Assembly: GCF_000010065.1 (NCBI RefSeq)
Contig: NC_006576.1
Coordinates: forward strand, 2,310,001 to 2,342,000
Length of the DNA: 32,000 bases
From: Synechococcus elongatus PCC 6301
GTDB taxonomy: Bacteria > Cyanobacteriota > Cyanobacteriia > Synechococcales > Synechococcaceae
Direction of reading: 5' to 3'
Both the position numbers and the translations under genes were made by a program. Positions within the stretch are counted from its first letter, which is position 1. The number at the start of each line of letters is the position of its first letter. The notes beneath the pieces are model-generated. The model saw only the letters and a list, made by a program, of their open reading frames with translations. It was not told the DNA's origin and searched no databases. Below are positions 27,595-32,000 of this stretch, one piece after another.

Positions 27595-28920
27595 ATGTCT
27601 ATTTCATCGCCTACACCCAGTCCAGAACCAGCTCAAACCCCAGCTACGGATGCTTCTTTCAATCCTGATCAAGATGTAAGTCTGAATCAGAGTCGCTTAT
27701 GGTCGCGACTGACAATTTGGACGCTAGTTGGAGTGACAGCTAGTGCAACTGCTTGGGCTTGCATCGCACAAATTGATGAAGCCGTACAAGTTCAAGGACA
27801 ATTAGAGCCGAAAGCAGCAGTCAAGGATGTTCAAGCTCCTGTGGGGGGTGTTCTTGAACGGCTAGAAGTGAAGGAGGGGCAGCGAGTTACACAAGGCCAA
27901 ATATTAGCGAGATTTAATGCGACTACAGTTGCAGAGCGGATTCGGTCTCTAACAGAGATCCGGGAACGCTTAGTTGCTGAAAATCAGACCTTCCGAGCGC
28001 AAATTGGCGAATCATCTGAAGGTTCAGTTTCCGTCAACCAACAACAGCGAATTGAAGCAGCCCGCCGTGAATTTGAAAGTCGGCAAGAAGCAGCTCGTTT
28101 AGAAGCATCTCAGCTTAAGCAACAGCAACTTCAAGTTGAAAGTGAACTACAGCAAGTTCGATACTCGCTAGACTTGAACCAGCGAATTCTCAATGACCTA
28201 CGCCCCCTGTACGAGGAAGGGGGAATTGCTAGGACTCAGTACCTCAAGCAAGAAGAGACAGTTAGTCAGCTAGAAAGCACACTAAGAAAAAATCAAGCAG
28301 AACTCCAACGCTTGCAGTTTGCGGTCAGCCAAGCTGAAGCTCGCTTAACTAATACGCAAACAGTCACATTTTCAGAGGCTAGGGGACGTATTGAAGAAAA
28401 TGCCCGTCGAATCGCTGAGATTGATAGTCAAATTACAGAAGCTAAACAAACATTGAAATATCAGATCGTTCGTGCTCCTCAAAGCGGAACAGTTTTCGAT
28501 ATTACAGCTCAAGGGCCGGGATATGTAGCAAACACCTCAGAACCACTAATGAAGCTGGTACCTGATGATGAACTTGTTGCTCGACTGTATATTCCCAACA
28601 AAGATATAGGATTTGTTCGGACTGGTCAGGATGTGGATATTCGTATTGACTCCTATCCGTTTAGTGAATATGGAGATCTCAAGGGTAAGTTGACGCGAGT
28701 TGGCTCAGATTCTCTTCCTCCCAACGATACCTATCAATATGTTCGCTTCCCAGCAGAAGTGACGTTGCAAGAACAAAAACTTGTTAGCCGGGGTCGGGAG
28801 CTGCCAATCCAATCAGGGATGTCTGTTTCGGCCAGTATCCGTCTACGTCAAAGACCTGTCATCACTTTGCTTTCAGATCTCTTCTCGCGTAGTAGTGATG
28901 CACTCAAGACAATTCGCTAG
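27595..28920 (+). CDS. HlyD family periplasmic adaptor
   Basis: Single N-terminal TM, VQGQLEPKAAVKDVQAPVGGVLERLEVKEGQRVTQGQILARF lipoyl half-motif, long coiled coil, IVRAPQSGTVFDI, and the C-terminal barrel typical of HlyD. Confidence 0.92.
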   Translation: MSISSPTPSPEPAQTPATDASFNPDQDVSLNQSRLWSRLTIWTLVGVTASATAWACIAQIDEAVQVQGQLEPKAAVKDVQAPVGGVLERLEVKEGQRVTQGQILARFNATTVAERIRSLTEIRERLVAENQTFRAQIGESSEGSVSVNQQQRIEAARREFESRQEAARLEASQLKQQQLQVESELQQVRYSLDLNQRILNDLRPLYEEGGIARTQYLKQEETVSQLESTLRKNQAELQRLQFAVSQAEARLTNTQTVTFSEARGRIEENARRIAEIDSQITEAKQTLKYQIVRAPQSGTVFDITAQGPGYVANTSEPLMKLVPDDELVARLYIPNKDIGFVRTGQDVDIRIDSYPFSEYGDLKGKLTRVGSDSLPPNDTYQYVRFPAEVTLQEQKLVSRGRELPIQSGMSVSASIRLRQRPVITLLSDLFSRSSDALKTIR

Positions 28921-28935
28921 CTCTTAACTATCTCA

Positions 28936-30066
28936 ATGGCTAATAATAACCAGCTACAAATAGATAGTCTAGTCGCTGCAATTCGCCGTGAGGCTACACA
29001 GCTCACAGATCATGAGGAAGCCTTTTGCACAACAATAGTCTCCTCTCAGCAACAGTCGTTAACTGAAATTGACAGATCAATCAATGCTGCAATACAAGCG
29101 GTGGAGGACTTGGTAAAGCCTCGTTTGTCCGCTCGGCCAAGCCCTCGTAATTTCTTCAAAAAACTCTGCACAAAAGTAGGGCTTACGATTCTTGATCGAC
29201 TTGAGAGGCGACGTTGTAAAGCTGAACTTACTCTCCTAGAGACCATTCAATATTTACGGGCTAGTCAGCAACAGCTCAGAGCGGAATTTAATGATTTCCA
29301 ATCTGTAACTGATCAAGCTTTAGTCCGACAGTTTAATCATCTTCAGCGGCAAATCGATCGCACAAGTGGTTGCGTAAACTTAAACCCTGACTTAGAAAAA
29401 CTATTAGAAGCTTTTTACTGTCAATTTGAATCTGAATATCGAGGGTCTAGTGAATCTGTTCGCCATCGACTGAGACCCTATCATGATCGCCTACTCAACT
29501 CTGACTATCCTCTAGAAATCGTTGACCTGGGTTGTGGTCGGGGTGAATGGTTGTCTTTAGTTAATCAGCTTGGTCACAAAGCGAAAGGCATTGACTGTAA
29601 CCCGGAATTCGTTAACCTTTGTAAGCAGCAAAATTTAGCGGTTGAGTTGGGAGATGCTATTGTCTGGTTGCATTCACAGGCAGATAACAGCTTAGATGTT
29701 ATTTCTGCTTTTCATGTGATTGAACACCTATCTTTTACAACTCTAGCTGATTGGTTACAGCAAATATATCGAGTTTTAAAACCCCAAGGATGGTTGCTTC
29801 TGGAGACACCGAATATTAGCCAGTTCCATGTTGGGCTTGTTGATTTTTATCGAGATCCTACTCATATTCATAAGGTTCATCCCCAAACAATTAAGACTTT
29901 ACTTCAATGTCTTCGGTTTACTGATATAGAGATAGGCTACGTTGATGCAAATGGAGATAAAGTTCAATGGTTGCCAACTGAAGAGGTAACGTTGCGAGAT
30001 CCTGGACAATATGGAGCTTTACCAGCTGATATGGGCATTATCGCCCGAAAAAGAATAGGGCTCTGA
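28936..30066 (+). CDS. Class I SAM-dependent methyltransferase, WbdD/O-antigen-type, with N-terminal helical region
   Basis: EIVDLGCGRGEWLSLVNQLGHKAKGIDCNPEFV, DVISAFHVIEHLSFTTLADWLQQIYRVLKPQGWLLLETPN, FYRDPTHIHKVHPQTI. Confidence 0.85.
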   Translation: MANNNQLQIDSLVAAIRREATQLTDHEEAFCTTIVSSQQQSLTEIDRSINAAIQAVEDLVKPRLSARPSPRNFFKKLCTKVGLTILDRLERRRCKAELTLLETIQYLRASQQQLRAEFNDFQSVTDQALVRQFNHLQRQIDRTSGCVNLNPDLEKLLEAFYCQFESEYRGSSESVRHRLRPYHDRLLNSDYPLEIVDLGCGRGEWLSLVNQLGHKAKGIDCNPEFVNLCKQQNLAVELGDAIVWLHSQADNSLDVISAFHVIEHLSFTTLADWLQQIYRVLKPQGWLLLETPNISQFHVGLVDFYRDPTHIHKVHPQTIKTLLQCLRFTDIEIGYVDANGDKVQWLPTEEVTLRDPGQYGALPADMGIIARKRIGL

Positions 30067-30070
30067 GCTT

Positions 30071-31117
30071 ATGCGGATTGCGATCGCAACAGTTCAAGTT
30101 CCCTTCTGCCGAGGAGGTGCAGAACTGCATGCAGAGCGTTTGCAAGCTGCTCTACAAAACTATGGATATCAATCTAATATTCTGACCATACCGTTTGCCT
30201 TCTCTCCCCCACAAGTAGTTAGCGAATCCATAGATATTTGGCAATCAAGAGCAATTCAGCAGCTTGTTGCGGCGAGCTGTGATGCTTTGGTTACACTTCG
30301 CTTCCCCGCCTATCTCATTAAGCATCCGAAACGCGTTCTATGGCTATTGCATCAGCATCGTGCAGTCTATGACCTTTGGGAGACACCCTACACAGATGAG
30401 CTATCTAAGAGTTCAGAAGGAAAAGCTTTACAACATAAAATTCAGGCTATTGACACAAGAGAAATTAGTCAATATCAACATCGATTTAGTAACTCAATAA
30501 CGGTTTCTGAAAGACTTTATCAATTTAACGGTATCACCTCTGAATTTCTTTATCATCCACCACCACTGGTTGGTCGATACTACTGCCAGCCAGCTCAGCC
30601 ATTTATTTTCTGTCCTAGCCGACTAGAGGATCTGAAACGTCAAGATTTATTGATTGAAGCAATCGCGAAACTACCCGATGTATGTGTAATCCTCGCTGGT
30701 GAAGGCGGTAACCGGCATCGTCTTGAAGCACTAATCTCAGATTTAGGACTGCAAGATCGGGTACGGTTGCTGGGGCATATCAGCGAAGCAGAACTATTGG
30801 CTTTTTATGCCAATTGCCGGGCAGTGTTCTATGCTCCCTATGATGAGGATTTTGGCTACGTTACGCTTGAAGCAATGCTTTCCCGTAAGCCCGTTATTAC
30901 TTGTCTAGATTCTGGTGAACCTGCTCGTATTATTCAGCATCAACAGACAGGATGGATTTGCGAACCAACCCCTGATGCGATCGCTGAGGTTATTCAATGG
31001 TGTTGGCAACATTCACATCAACTAGAAGATATTGGCATTGCTGGATGGGACCACTATCAAAGCCTTGGTATTTCTTGGGAAAACGTGGTAAATCGTTTAA
31101 CTTCTTCGTTCGCGTAG
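30071..31117 (+). CDS. Family 4 glycosyltransferase
   Basis: MRIAIATVQVPFCRGGAELHAERL, FIFCPSRLEDLKRQDLLIEAI, VILAGEGGNRHRLEAL, LLGHISEAELLAFYANCRAVFYAPYDEDFGYVTLEAMLSRKPVITCLDSGEPARII. Confidence 0.88.
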   Translation: MRIAIATVQVPFCRGGAELHAERLQAALQNYGYQSNILTIPFAFSPPQVVSESIDIWQSRAIQQLVAASCDALVTLRFPAYLIKHPKRVLWLLHQHRAVYDLWETPYTDELSKSSEGKALQHKIQAIDTREISQYQHRFSNSITVSERLYQFNGITSEFLYHPPPLVGRYYCQPAQPFIFCPSRLEDLKRQDLLIEAIAKLPDVCVILAGEGGNRHRLEALISDLGLQDRVRLLGHISEAELLAFYANCRAVFYAPYDEDFGYVTLEAMLSRKPVITCLDSGEPARIIQHQQTGWICEPTPDAIAEVIQWCWQHSHQLEDIGIAGWDHYQSLGISWENVVNRLTSSFA

Positions 31118-31209
31118 AAGTTGATCTGTAGAACTTTGCGGGTGTCATTAATTGCTATCAAGAGTTACAATGACAGGTCATTCAGCTGTGTAATTGTGGC
31201 TTTTTAACT

Positions 31210-32000
31210 ATGCAGATTGGCATTATTGCTCCCAGCTCTGTCCCCTTCTGCATTGGTGGAGCTGAAAAATTTTGGTGGGGATTACAACGAGCCTTTAATG
31301 ATCTAACACCTCACGCAGCTGAATTAATTAAGCTACCATCGCCTGAAAATAATATCTACGACTTAATTCAAAGTTATCAACGGTTTTCACGATTTAATCT
31401 GAATCATTTTGACCTGCTAATAAGTAGCAAATATCCTGCTTGGATGGTTAATCATCCCCGCCATCTTTGCTATCTTCAACATCGTCTTCGTGGCCTTTAT
31501 GATACTGATAATGGTCATCAAGGAAATTTGAACTTAGCTCGCTATTCTCAACTCCAAAAAATTGAGAAAATCCTTGAAAAAAATGGCGATCGCTCCCAGC
31601 TAGAGCTTTTATTCTCTGAATTGAACGATTTCTTGAAAAATGAGCCTAGTGATTCTAAGCTTTTAGAGTTCCCTGGACAATTGATTCGGAAAGTTATTCA
31701 CTTTTGCGATCGCATTGCCTTGAGCCCTACTGAGATTGCTGGTTACGCTGCGATTTCCCAAAATGTTGCCCAGCGCAAAAACTACCTTCCTGATTCGGTA
31801 CGTCCGAAAGTAATTTATCATCCCTCTGATTTAGAAAAATTCTATTGTGATAAACAAGATTACTTTTTTACTATTAGTCGTTTAGATAACGCCAAGCGAG
31901 TCAGTTTGCTGATTTCTGCAATGCAGCAAGCTAAAACAGATATTCCATTACTGATTGCAGGGACTGGACCTGAATCAGAGAGTCTTAAAAAACAAGCTGG
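31210..32000 (+). CDS. Family 4 glycosyltransferase, partial, runs past the right edge
   Basis: Hand translation from ATG 31210: MQIGIIAPSSVPFCIGGAEKFWWGLQRAFNDLTP...VRPKVIYHPSDLEKFYCDKQDYFFTISRLDNAKRVSLLISAMQQAKTDIPLLIAGTGPESESLKKQA. Open to the window end. Confidence 0.85.
   Translation, partial: MQIGIIAPSSVPFCIGGAEKFWWGLQRAFNDLTPHAAELIKLPSPENNIYDLIQSYQRFSRFNLNHFDLLISSKYPAWMVNHPRHLCYLQHRLRGLYDTDNGHQGNLNLARYSQLQKIEKILEKNGDRSQLELLFSELNDFLKNEPSDSKLLEFPGQLIRKVIHFCDRIALSPTEIAGYAAISQNVAQRKNYLPDSVRPKVIYHPSDLEKFYCDKQDYFFTISRLDNAKRVSLLISAMQQAKTDIPLLIAGTGPESESLKKQA

Noticed and set aside
31143-31175. TGTCATT / AATGACA inverted repeat between the two glycosyltransferase genes
   Set aside because: 7 bp arms with a 19-nt loop in AT-rich DNA is close to chance expectation, and there is no supporting context.
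23742-32000. Search for integrase, transposase or flanking direct repeats marking a genomic island
   Set aside because: No mobility gene or clear repeat was found in this window. The right boundary is beyond 32 kb, so I claim only a compositional change.

Overview
The window reads as a cyanobacterial chromosome segment, most like Synechococcus elongatus: HIP1 octamers GCGATCGC are dense and PsaM, AcsF and a cyanobacterial Hfq-like protein are present. Roughly 1-24 kb is mostly conserved housekeeping genes. On the minus strand these are fni (partial), a DUF4330-like gene, an ApaH-like phosphatase, a DUF1995-like gene, a cysteine desulfurase, a 4-Cys small protein and dapF. After that come an hfq-like gene, an M23 peptidase gene, a ComFB-like gene, sigG and its probable anti-sigma gene, a gamma-glutamylcyclotransferase gene, leuS, an XRE regulator, a disrupted glycosyltransferase gene, a DMT transporter, sppA, aroH, two hypothetical genes, psaM, phoU, an RNase R/II, ubiX, DUF2996 and acsF. 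From about 23.8 kb to the right edge there is an apparent export and glycan module: a PpiC-like protein, an ABC exporter with a cNMP-like N-terminal domain and a degenerate C39 domain, an HlyD adaptor, a WbdD-like methyltransferase and two GT4 glycosyltransferases. It has lower GC and fewer HIP1 sites. Main points for follow-up are this module, three apparent one-base insertions in G/C homopolymers that break the 5' end of the glycosyltransferase gene near 13.4 kb, two mutually exclusive hairpins between sigG and the anti-sigma gene, a 4-Cys protein beside a cysteine desulfurase, and the psaM gene missed by the ORF track. No CRISPR array, tRNA, rRNA or transposase was recognised.
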